DNA from: Anaerohalosphaeraceae bacterium
GTDB lineage: Bacteria; Planctomycetota; Phycisphaerae; Sedimentisphaerales; Anaerohalosphaeraceae
Assembly (NCBI GenBank): GCA_050309605.1
Contig: JBNRMN010000014.1
Coordinates: 1 to 18,785 of the forward strand
Reading direction: 5' to 3'
DNA length: 18,785 nt
Made by a program: the position numbers and the translations under genes. How positions within the stretch are numbered: the stretch's first letter is position 1; each line of letters begins with the position of its first letter. Below, one piece after another: positions 1-6,714 of this stretch. Under the pieces are notes generated by a model. The model was not told the DNA's origin and made no database searches. It saw only the letters and a list, made by a program, of their open reading frames with translations.

Positions 1-2
1 CA

Positions 3-386
3 TTCGAGTTTTTGGGCTTTACGCATTACTGCGATGTTTCGCGCAAAGGAAATTTCAAACTTGGGCGAAAGACAAGTCGCAAGAAATTCTCTGCGAAATG
101 CAGGGACATGAACAACTGGCTTAGAGCGATAAGAAACCGGGTCAAAACAAAAGACTGGTGGAATATCCTGGAGGCCAAACTGCGAGGTCATTATCAGTAC
201 TATGGTGTCAGTGAAAACTTCATGAGTGTCATGAAGTTTTATAGGTTGACAATCAAGATGGTTCGGAAATGACTCAACAGGCGCAGCCAAAAACGTAAAA
301 TGAGTTGGGAAAAGTTTGAGCGATACCTTGAGCATTACCCGTTACCTCAACCGCGTATTGTACATAAGTTTTATGCTGTTGGGTGA
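3..386 (+). pseudogene. ltrA: Group II intron reverse transcriptase/maturase C-terminus (RT7 + domain X), interrupted by in-frame TGA at 270-272
   Basis: FEFLGFTHYC (RT7), KLRGHYQYYGV (domain X); the same frame continues past the TGA as LNRRSQKRKMSWEKFERYLEHYPLPQPRIVHKFYAVG to TGA 384-386, matching the usual WLNRRSQ...W..F....YPLP.PRI tail. No endonuclease domain. Confidence 0.85.
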
Positions 387-403
387 AAGGTGAGTTAAAC
401 CGA

Positions 404-438
404 AAAGCCGTATGAGGGAAATCCTCACGTACGGTTTT
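404..438 (+). ncRNA. Group II intron catalytic domain V
   Basis: AAAGCCGTAT-GAGGG-AAA-TCCTC-AC-GTACGGTTTT: AGC triad at 406-408, AC bulge at 427-428, both stems pair. Confidence 0.92.
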
Positions 439-440
439 GT

Positions 441-558
441 GAGGGACATTGATGTTCATCACATGGTTAAATATTGTGGCACTCTTGGTACCGAAAGGCA
501 AGAGAAACAGAGAATACAAAGTAAACCTAAATGAGGAACTATACTATGTCTACTCGAC
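441..558 (+). ncRNA. Group II intron domain VI (extended) with branch-point A552 and 3' splice site after 558
   Basis: GAGGGACAT (441-449) pairs with ATGTCT[A]CTC (546-555), leaving A552 bulged as the 7th nt from the terminal AC; internal hairpin CTCTTG..CC-GAAA-GG-CAAGAG (482-504). Confidence 0.8.
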
Positions 559-1580
559 ATAAAATAGAAACGAAGATAAATAAAATTTTCCAGCTATCGT
601 TTCTGATAATGATTTCTGCTCAAGTTTATTCATCTGAAGATTCAATCGAAACTTGGTTTTTAAAAAACCAAGACCAAAACCAAGCCATACGGACATTACT
701 TCTTGATGCGGAAAGTATATGTGAGATTTACATGTCACCGGATGAGTCTTCGTTTGAAAGACTTCCTCAAGCATTAAAAGATAAGTTTCCACAAGAGTTA
801 GTTGATGGAGATACTGTGGCGGTAGCGGAGCTTAAAATCAAGTGTACAGCAGAAGGGTTCTATTACAGTGAACTGAAGGAAGTGAAAATTTGGAAAGATA
901 TTGAACGCGAACAAGAACGCAACGCATGCTTTCTTGTTAACGATTCTTATTCTTTATTTTGGGGAGATGGTGCTTCTATAGTTACACGAATTGATCACAC
1001 TTCGATCAATAATCTTGATCCCGAAGCAAAACTATTGGCATCTATGTATGGGTTTGGATATGGTTATCTTAGCAAATACGGGCTTCCGTTGCCGCCGGGA
1101 TCAACACTGTTGGATAAGTACCGACAGCAAGGGCAAGATACATGGTTTTCAGAAATAGTTGATGATCGAATTACCATTACGACCTATAGAGATGGGAAGT
1201 TGTTGTCAAAGCGGATATTAAATCCACAAAAAAACTATCAGATGGAATATTATCAGTATTATAAAAATGGAATAGTTTATGAAGACAGTCAGATTTTTTT
1301 GCAGGAAATAGCCGCCTCCGGAAAGAATTTTTGGTTGCCACAGGAAATCCGAACCACAATATATAAACCAAGAAACGCAGGTCCGCCCTGGCTTTATATG
1401 AACAAGACGATTTCGATAAGAAATTTACAGCTTAATATAGATATTCCGGATACCGTATTCAGACAGGAGTCTGTCGGCTTTCCGCCAGAGACAGGTATGA
1501 TAAGGAAAGGCGTTGACGGCAAAGAATTTATCTATATTTGTAAGAATGGGAGTTTCATCGAGTCAAGAGTTAGTAGATAG
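546..1580 (+). CDS. Secreted hypothetical protein, possibly LolA/outer-membrane-sorting-like fold
   Basis: Long AT-rich ORF (open from 531); signal-peptide-like N-terminus (KINKIFQLSFLIMISAQVYS); beta-rich C-terminal half ending WLPQEI...NLQLNIDIPDTVF...FPPET, reminiscent of LolA-like tails. True start uncertain because it overlaps the intron end. Confidence 0.7.
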   Translation: MSTRHKIETKINKIFQLSFLIMISAQVYSSEDSIETWFLKNQDQNQAIRTLLLDAESICEIYMSPDESSFERLPQALKDKFPQELVDGDTVAVAELKIKCTAEGFYYSELKEVKIWKDIEREQERNACFLVNDSYSLFWGDGASIVTRIDHTSINNLDPEAKLLASMYGFGYGYLSKYGLPLPPGSTLLDKYRQQGQDTWFSEIVDDRITITTYRDGKLLSKRILNPQKNYQMEYYQYYKNGIVYEDSQIFLQEIAASGKNFWLPQEIRTTIYKPRNAGPPWLYMNKTISIRNLQLNIDIPDTVFRQESVGFPPETGMIRKGVDGKEFIYICKNGSFIESRVSR

Positions 1581-1633
1581 CGTTATAGATGGAACGCGTA
1601 ACCAAGAAATCAAATGAATGAGTTAACAAACCA

Positions 1634-2011
1634 ATGGTGATAAAGATGAAAATGATACAATACAGAAAACGGATGCTTATCTGCTTATTATGTCTTGGTT
1701 TCATGCTGATGGAATCAAATTTGTCGGCGTGTTGGTGTTGGACACGTGAACTAAAAAACTGTTTTGACATCTATATGAATAATTGTGCATTAAGATGTCC
1801 GAGTGTTGGATGGAGGAGCTTTCCTATATATTACTGTAAGCGTGCTTCAACAGGAAAGAGTGAATGCTATCCGGATGGCCCTCAAAAATGGTGCGTTGCC
1901 ATGTGGGATTGTATTGAAGAAGAAGGAGAGTGTAAAATCAATTCAGATAGTATTGTGATTTTCACAGAACAGGATAGTATTTTGGCTGGAAGCAGTTGCA
2001 GTTCAATATAA
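1634..2011 (+). CDS. Small cysteine-rich secreted protein / putative lipoprotein
   Basis: Basic N-terminus, hydrophobic stretch, LSAC lipobox-like motif, then 10 further Cys; exact start Met uncertain. Confidence 0.75.
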   Translation: MVIKMKMIQYRKRMLICLLCLGFMLMESNLSACWCWTRELKNCFDIYMNNCALRCPSVGWRSFPIYYCKRASTGKSECYPDGPQKWCVAMWDCIEEEGECKINSDSIVIFTEQDSILAGSSCSSI

Positions 2012-2040
2012 TGAAGATACAGCCTGAAAGGAGAATGACA

Positions 2041-2142
2041 ATGAAAGTGTTATCTTCATCACCACGGCGGGGAATGTCTGTCCTCATGTCGGGTTTGTTG
2101 TGTTTGTCGGGGAAAACCGGGGACAGTTACCTTCTTAAGTGA
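2041..2142 (+). pseudogene. Short ORF (33 aa) resembling a truncated secreted-protein N-terminus
   Basis: Strong SD AAAGGAG (2027-2033) 7 nt before ATG 2041, also in frame with ATG 2011 overlapping the upstream stop (TAATG); MKVLSSSPRRGMSVLMSGLLCLS runs into the inverted repeat at 2109 and stops at 2142. Confidence 0.45.
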
Positions 2143-2190
2143 CAAACGAGCATATTTAACGGTGACTGTCCTAAGTTTTCCCCGGTTTCC
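2109..2190. repeat. Imperfect inverted repeat, REP/REPIN-like element
   Basis: GGGGAAAACCGGGGACAGTTACC (2109-2131) versus GGTGACTGTCCTAAGTTTTCCCC (2161-2183), 29-nt AT-rich spacer, plus an overlapping partial end copy CCCCGGTTTCC to 2190. Confidence 0.7.
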
Positions 2191-2220
2191 TGGACGTTTT
2201 ATTGAGATTGATGCAGGTAT

Positions 2221-3045
2221 ATGAAAAAGAGAACGATTATTCTATTGGTTATATCCCCAATGCTGCTGTTTTCGGCTCCTGAGATGTTCGGGCAGCCAGC
2301 AAGCCGCAAGAACTCTGAAATGGGTCCTGCTTTCTTCTTGGAACAATTGGGGTACAAGTCAGATACACAAGAGGACCTTCTTCATGCAATCCAAAGCAGC
2401 TCTTCTGTCGTTCGCCATCAGGCACTGGAATTACTCGCGGAGCGATACCCGGAAGCGTCTGCGGGAATCATCAAAGAGTTTGTCACAGATCCCAGTTTGG
2501 AAGTCAGGTGGCGTGCGGCGCGTTTTTTAAACAATCTTGGCGACTCAGGCGGCCTTGAACAGATGCGAAAAGATTATCATATCCTGACAGCACCGCATTT
2601 GAACAATGAGAATAAAGTAGAAGACCCAAATGACCTTGACGCTGCTTCAGAACGGAAAAGGAATGCTGATTTTTATCAGGCCCTGAATGTCGCACTCGTA
2701 CTTGCAGAATTGGGAGATTTCCGGGGCTATGATCTAATTGAAACCATGGCTCTCGATGGTCCCAGCACTGCTCAGCGGAGGCGGGCGATAATGCATTTAA
2801 TTGATGTCGCACAAATAGATACTTCAGTCCATGCGAAGCATCAGGTCGATCCCATCGGTGCTCTTTGTATGGTCGGCAAACATGAAAAGAACCGTATTAA
2901 TATCAATGTCCTGGTGAATCTGTCGCAAAAAGACTTTACCCCGGAAACGGCAGATTTAATTTTGGACTTTGTTCTGGAAAATGAACATCAAAGCGGCTCT
3001 CTCAAACAATTATTTCGTCAAATAAGGAACCGCCCCCGGCGGTAA
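2221..3045 (+). CDS. Secreted HEAT-repeat protein
   Basis: Signal peptide MKKRTIILLVISPMLLFSA; HEAT-like units SSVVRHQALELLA, DPSLEVRWRAARFLNNLGD, ALVLAELGD, QRRRAIMHL. Confidence 0.8.
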   Translation: MKKRTIILLVISPMLLFSAPEMFGQPASRKNSEMGPAFFLEQLGYKSDTQEDLLHAIQSSSSVVRHQALELLAERYPEASAGIIKEFVTDPSLEVRWRAARFLNNLGDSGGLEQMRKDYHILTAPHLNNENKVEDPNDLDAASERKRNADFYQALNVALVLAELGDFRGYDLIETMALDGPSTAQRRRAIMHLIDVAQIDTSVHAKHQVDPIGALCMVGKHEKNRININVLVNLSQKDFTPETADLILDFVLENEHQSGSLKQLFRQIRNRPRR

Positions 3046-3047
3046 GA

Positions 3048-4082
3048 TTAATTGTTCGGGTCAAAGATACGACAGCCCAGTGATAGGGTCTGCTGTTCGA
3101 TGTGCTGCATTATCGGCGTCAGGTCGTCGGGCAGACGGATCGTTCGGCAGCCGCCGTCGGGACAGACGATGTTCAGGATGTCGTCTTTTTCAAACTCGCG
3201 CGGCTCGACCTTCAGATTGACCGTGAACCCGTATCGGGCCGCCGTCTCCAGCGTCGGGGCCGGGTAGGTTTGCGGCTGGGCCTGCTCGCACACGTCCGGA
3301 ACCAGCAAGGGGGTAATGGTTCCGTCGTCCAGTCCGATATGGGTATGCCGTATGAGCATATTGACCAGAAGATGGCCTTCGTACCACTGTCCGCGCACGG
3401 CTTCAGCGGCCTGTCGGGCCGTTTGAGCCGATTGAATGCCCAGCCGCCTCAGCTCAGCCTCCAGATGGGCGGTCATAGCCGCGTCGAAATCACGACAATC
3501 GCGGATGGCCACCGCACCCAGGCGAACGCCCAGCAAATTGGAATAATTGTCTTCCCATGAAAACGCCGACGGAAATTCCGGCACGATGCCCATGGTCTTG
3601 AATCCGAAGAAGGTCAGCACTTCATGCCAACTGACCATCATAAAAGTAAAATACCCGGCCAGCTCAAGAGCCGTATCGTCTGCGATGCGTTCCCGCGTCT
3701 GTCGGGGCAGACCGTTCCAGTCGGCCGGAAGTGTCCAGCGGGCGTACAATTGTGATCGGTCCACATTGAGCTTAAAGGTGTACTCGCATTGCGACCGAAG
3801 CAGGGCGTCCCGGATTCTTTCGTAATGATATTTTGTGTAATCGGCTGCGATTCGCACATGCGCAATATCAATATGTCCGCCCCGACAGGTATAAACGATA
3901 CCGTTATTTTCTCCTCGCCCGTCGAAATACTGGTGTTCGCCCAGCGAGTTTAAATCCAGGAAATTCGTCCCGGCTGTGGCCGTCGCATAGCTTCCCAGAC
4001 GAGGACGCGGCACATTATGAAGTGAGCAGCCTGCGCCGGCTCCGGCCAGTGCAATCCACAGAACATATCCGCACATTCTCAT
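3048..4082 (-). CDS. DUF4056-like lipoprotein
   Basis: Signal ending AGAGC; motifs NGIVYTCRGGHIDIAHVR..AD, WHE, SAFSWEDNYSNLLG as recalled for DUF4056. Confidence 0.8.
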   Translation of the reverse strand: MRMCGYVLWIALAGAGAGCSLHNVPRPRLGSYATATAGTNFLDLNSLGEHQYFDGRGENNGIVYTCRGGHIDIAHVRIAADYTKYHYERIRDALLRSQCEYTFKLNVDRSQLYARWTLPADWNGLPRQTRERIADDTALELAGYFTFMMVSWHEVLTFFGFKTMGIVPEFPSAFSWEDNYSNLLGVRLGAVAIRDCRDFDAAMTAHLEAELRRLGIQSAQTARQAAEAVRGQWYEGHLLVNMLIRHTHIGLDDGTITPLLVPDVCEQAQPQTYPAPTLETAARYGFTVNLKVEPREFEKDDILNIVCPDGGCRTIRLPDDLTPIMQHIEQQTLSLGCRIFDPNN

Positions 4083-4112
4083 AGGACGCCACTACGCTGA
4101 CGACCGCAATCA

Positions 4113-4727
4113 CTACCACGATACCGATCTTCGGTCGCCGCGTTTGCCGATGAGCTGCTCTTCCTGCCAGAGCCGCAGTCCGCTGGTCAGATCGGTCAAT
4201 TGAAGCTGAAAATAATATTCGACCTGTTCGGTGTTGCGGTCGTAGCGGATATTGCGCTGGATGATTTTTCCGGCGATGCTCAATTCCGGCGCGATCAGTT
4301 GGCGTGTGGCCGGCAGCGTATCTTCGCGAAACTCCTCGGCCGCTGCGGAATCACGGATCTGCCGCATTTGGTCAATCATGGTGTCGGTGGCGCCTTTGCC
4401 GCCTACAGCCGAGGTCATCACGACCTGTCCGCTGTTGGCCATTTCCTGTTCGATCTTGGCCATCAACTGGTCGGTGTCAATCCGCTGCATCGTGTCGTTG
4501 ATAATGCGTCCGGTCGTGACGACATATCGGCCGCCTTCGGGTTTGCGCAGCGCGCCCGAGCGCATCAGCGACTCGACCATCGCGGTGGCCGCCTGATCAA
4601 AATCGCGATAATCCAGCGCCATCACCGGTCGTCCCGGATCGTTGGCGGTGTCGATATAAACAGTCGGCTGCCGGCAGCCGGCCAGTGTTGCCAAAGTCAA
4701 ACCCGCTGCAATCCAATAAGACTTCAT
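4113..4727 (-). CDS. lpoB: LpoB-family (penicillin-binding protein activator-like) lipoprotein
   Basis: Lipobox LAGC; LDYRDF..AA..MV.SL, I.NDTMQRIDTD, YYFQLQLTDLTSGL..WQEE..IGK; SD AGGAG upstream. Confidence 0.82.
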   Translation of the reverse strand: MKSYWIAAGLTLATLAGCRQPTVYIDTANDPGRPVMALDYRDFDQAATAMVESLMRSGALRKPEGGRYVVTTGRIINDTMQRIDTDQLMAKIEQEMANSGQVVMTSAVGGKGATDTMIDQMRQIRDSAAAEEFREDTLPATRQLIAPELSIAGKIIQRNIRYDRNTEQVEYYFQLQLTDLTSGLRLWQEEQLIGKRGDRRSVSW

Positions 4728-4759
4728 TTGCTGTTCTCCTGATAGAATAAGGGCGTTGG

Positions 4760-5200
4760 TTACCTGGGTTGTGTTCGTGTATTGACTCGAAAATCAACCG
4801 CTTCGGTGCGCGGCGCGATGGCCCGAATCGCGAACGGCGATTTGGGCTGGACCGAGACCGGCTGCCAGACACTGGTTTTGGTTGGGATGACCATGCCGCC
4901 GGAGTCGAGCCATTCGACCTGATAATCAAACCGTCGGATACGGTGGGATTGATTCAGTCCCTGGACCTGGACTTCGAGGAATCCCTGCGGCGTGACGCGC
5001 TGGCTGACATTCTGAATCACAATCCCCTCGCCGACGACGGCGCTGAAGATTTGCCCGACCGGTCGCGTGATAATATTGGAGCCGAGATAGTCGCTGCCGA
5101 CCGTATCGGCCAGATTGACGCGCGGGTCGTGGGTGTGCTGGCCGCAACCGAGCAGCGTCAGTGCCGCGGCAAGCATCACAAGCATCATCATTGTTTTCAT
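4760..5200 (-). CDS. YcfL-family (DUF1425) lipoprotein
   Basis: Lipobox LLGC; GFLEVQV...N, FDYQVEWLDSGG, SVWQPV, AIAP..EAVDFRV; SD AAGGAG upstream; directly upstream of the LpoB-like gene. Confidence 0.85.
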   Translation of the reverse strand: MKTMMMLVMLAAALTLLGCGQHTHDPRVNLADTVGSDYLGSNIITRPVGQIFSAVVGEGIVIQNVSQRVTPQGFLEVQVQGLNQSHRIRRFDYQVEWLDSGGMVIPTKTSVWQPVSVQPKSPFAIRAIAPRTEAVDFRVNTRTQPR

Positions 5201-5216
5201 TGTTGTCTCCTTACCG

Positions 5217-6629
5217 CTAAAAAGGTATCAGTTCAATGATCGGCCTGGACGCCGATGAAACCATTTTAACATACACCATCGTATGGGTGCAATCCGGAAG
5301 TTGGACTCTTTGGGCCGGCAGCGCGCCGAGCGACAGATCTATCCATCCGTCGGCGGGGCGGGCAAACCGGGCGACCTGGAAATTTTTCGGCAGCGCCGAC
5401 CAGATTCGCACATCCGCCGCGGTCGTGGCATAATGGAATACCGCCATTACGATGGCCGCGGCCTCGGCGTTGTTTTCTTCAAGTACATATTGTGCTGCGG
5501 CCTTGGCAATGGCCGAAAGAACAGTCCGAAGCAAAATCCCGTCAAATTCTTTCTTGAATTCGGTCTGGACAAGGCGATCCATATCGGCCGCGATCTCGGT
5601 GGTATAAGGCGTCCCGTCGGCCCATATATCCAGCTTGGCCGCTGCGGCCGAACGATACACCAATTGCGGCAGCGCCACCCCGAAATACCGCACCTTATTC
5701 GTAGCGATAAACAGCGGCAGATCGAGCCGGACTTCTTCTTTGACGGGGCCTAATCCGTTCTCGAAAAAGACCCACACCGTCGGCTTAAGCGTCGAGCCGG
5801 TATTCAGTGCCTGCTCGACCTCGGCAAAATCCCGCAACACAAACGGGTTATCCGGCAGCATTCCGGCGCTTTGCCTCAGTAAATCAGACGCCTTGGGGTA
5901 GTCATTTGTTGCGGCAAAAAAGACCCCGGCCAGATAAGTTGAAAACGGATTTACGAAATCCTGATATAGTTCAAACTCGCCCAAAGACGAATACGTTTGT
6001 TCGAGTTGGGTACGCAGATCGGCGTTTTCGATGCTGCGCCGGGCCAATCGGCTGTATTGGTTTTTTTCCAGCTTTTCGCGAACGGCCTGAATCTGCTCGG
6101 CAAACTCTTCTTTGGCTCGCCGCTGACGGTCCATCGCGCGGTTAAATTCCACACGGGCCAGCGCCTCTTGGCCTTGGCGCATAAAATTAAGCGCTTTGTA
6201 GGTATTGACCATAATGCCGTCGTAAATCGTGCCGGTGTAGGGGATCACGGTGTCATTGATGACCGCTGCGGCGATGGAATCGGCGGTTTCATTGCGATTC
6301 AATGCGTAATGCCGCAGCGTCCCTTCGGCCAGGTCGAGCCAGAAGGTGCTTTCGTCATAGTGCTGACGAAAGCGCTCCGCGGCGCCCCGTTGAAGCATCC
6401 ACAGCAGGTCGTCGCCGCGCGGCGTGTCCCTGCGGCTGATCTTTTGCGCCGCAAAGGACGCGGCCGAATCCATTCGACCGGCTTCATAATGACGATTAAA
6501 CGTCGCCAGATTCTCCCGCGACGTATGGCATCCGACAACGGCAAGCACTACCCCTGCGGAAAAAATGACCTGCTGGATGATCCGACAACAGCTCAATAAA
6601 ACGGCTCCCAAATTAACAAACAAATACAC
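5217..6629 (-). CDS. COG3014-like TPR lipoprotein
   Basis: Lipobox VVGC; PYTGTIYDGIMVNTYKALNF, ARVEFNRA, FVNPF..YL, FENGLGPVK, ADVRIWSALP. The start may be TTG at 6596 (GGGAG 8 nt upstream) rather than GTG 6629. Confidence 0.85.
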   Translation of the reverse strand: MYLFVNLGAVLLSCCRIIQQVIFSAGVVLAVVGCHTSRENLATFNRHYEAGRMDSAASFAAQKISRRDTPRGDDLLWMLQRGAAERFRQHYDESTFWLDLAEGTLRHYALNRNETADSIAAAVINDTVIPYTGTIYDGIMVNTYKALNFMRQGQEALARVEFNRAMDRQRRAKEEFAEQIQAVREKLEKNQYSRLARRSIENADLRTQLEQTYSSLGEFELYQDFVNPFSTYLAGVFFAATNDYPKASDLLRQSAGMLPDNPFVLRDFAEVEQALNTGSTLKPTVWVFFENGLGPVKEEVRLDLPLFIATNKVRYFGVALPQLVYRSAAAAKLDIWADGTPYTTEIAADMDRLVQTEFKKEFDGILLRTVLSAIAKAAAQYVLEENNAEAAAIVMAVFHYATTAADVRIWSALPKNFQVARFARPADGWIDLSLGALPAQRVQLPDCTHTMVYVKMVSSASRPIIELIPF

Positions 6630-6639
6630 ACCGTCCGTG

Positions 6640-6667
6640 ATTATAAACAGTCGAACCCCCCTGTAAA
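6640..6667 (-). promoter_or_regulatory. Candidate sigma70 promoter of the lipoprotein operon
   Basis: Minus strand TTTACA-16 nt-TATAAT. Confidence 0.55.
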
Positions 6668-6714
6668 GTCAAAATACTCATCGTGGAGTTGATAAGCCGC
6701 TACCCACCCGCGGT

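Larger units (their letters stand above)
1..558 (+). mobile_element. Group II intron, 3' part (5' part outside window); bacterial class E-like
   Basis: RT/maturase C-terminal ORF followed by canonical domain V (404-438) and domain VI (441-555) with bulged A552; typical ...CTACTCGAC 3' end at 558. The class assignment is from recalled motif style and is tentative. Confidence 0.9.

Noticed and set aside
270..272. Alternative genetic code (TGA=Trp)
   Set aside because: TGA terminates several genes here (DeoR, E2, kinase) and Trp is encoded by TGG elsewhere, including in the maturase.
1..558. Retron, DGR or CRISPR-associated RT
   Set aside because: Domain X followed by DV/DVI identifies a group II intron; no template/variable repeat pair or array was seen.
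1568..1633. Possible integron attC site (several GTT/AAC motifs)
   Set aside because: No convincing R''-L''-L'-R' palindrome and no integrase in the window.
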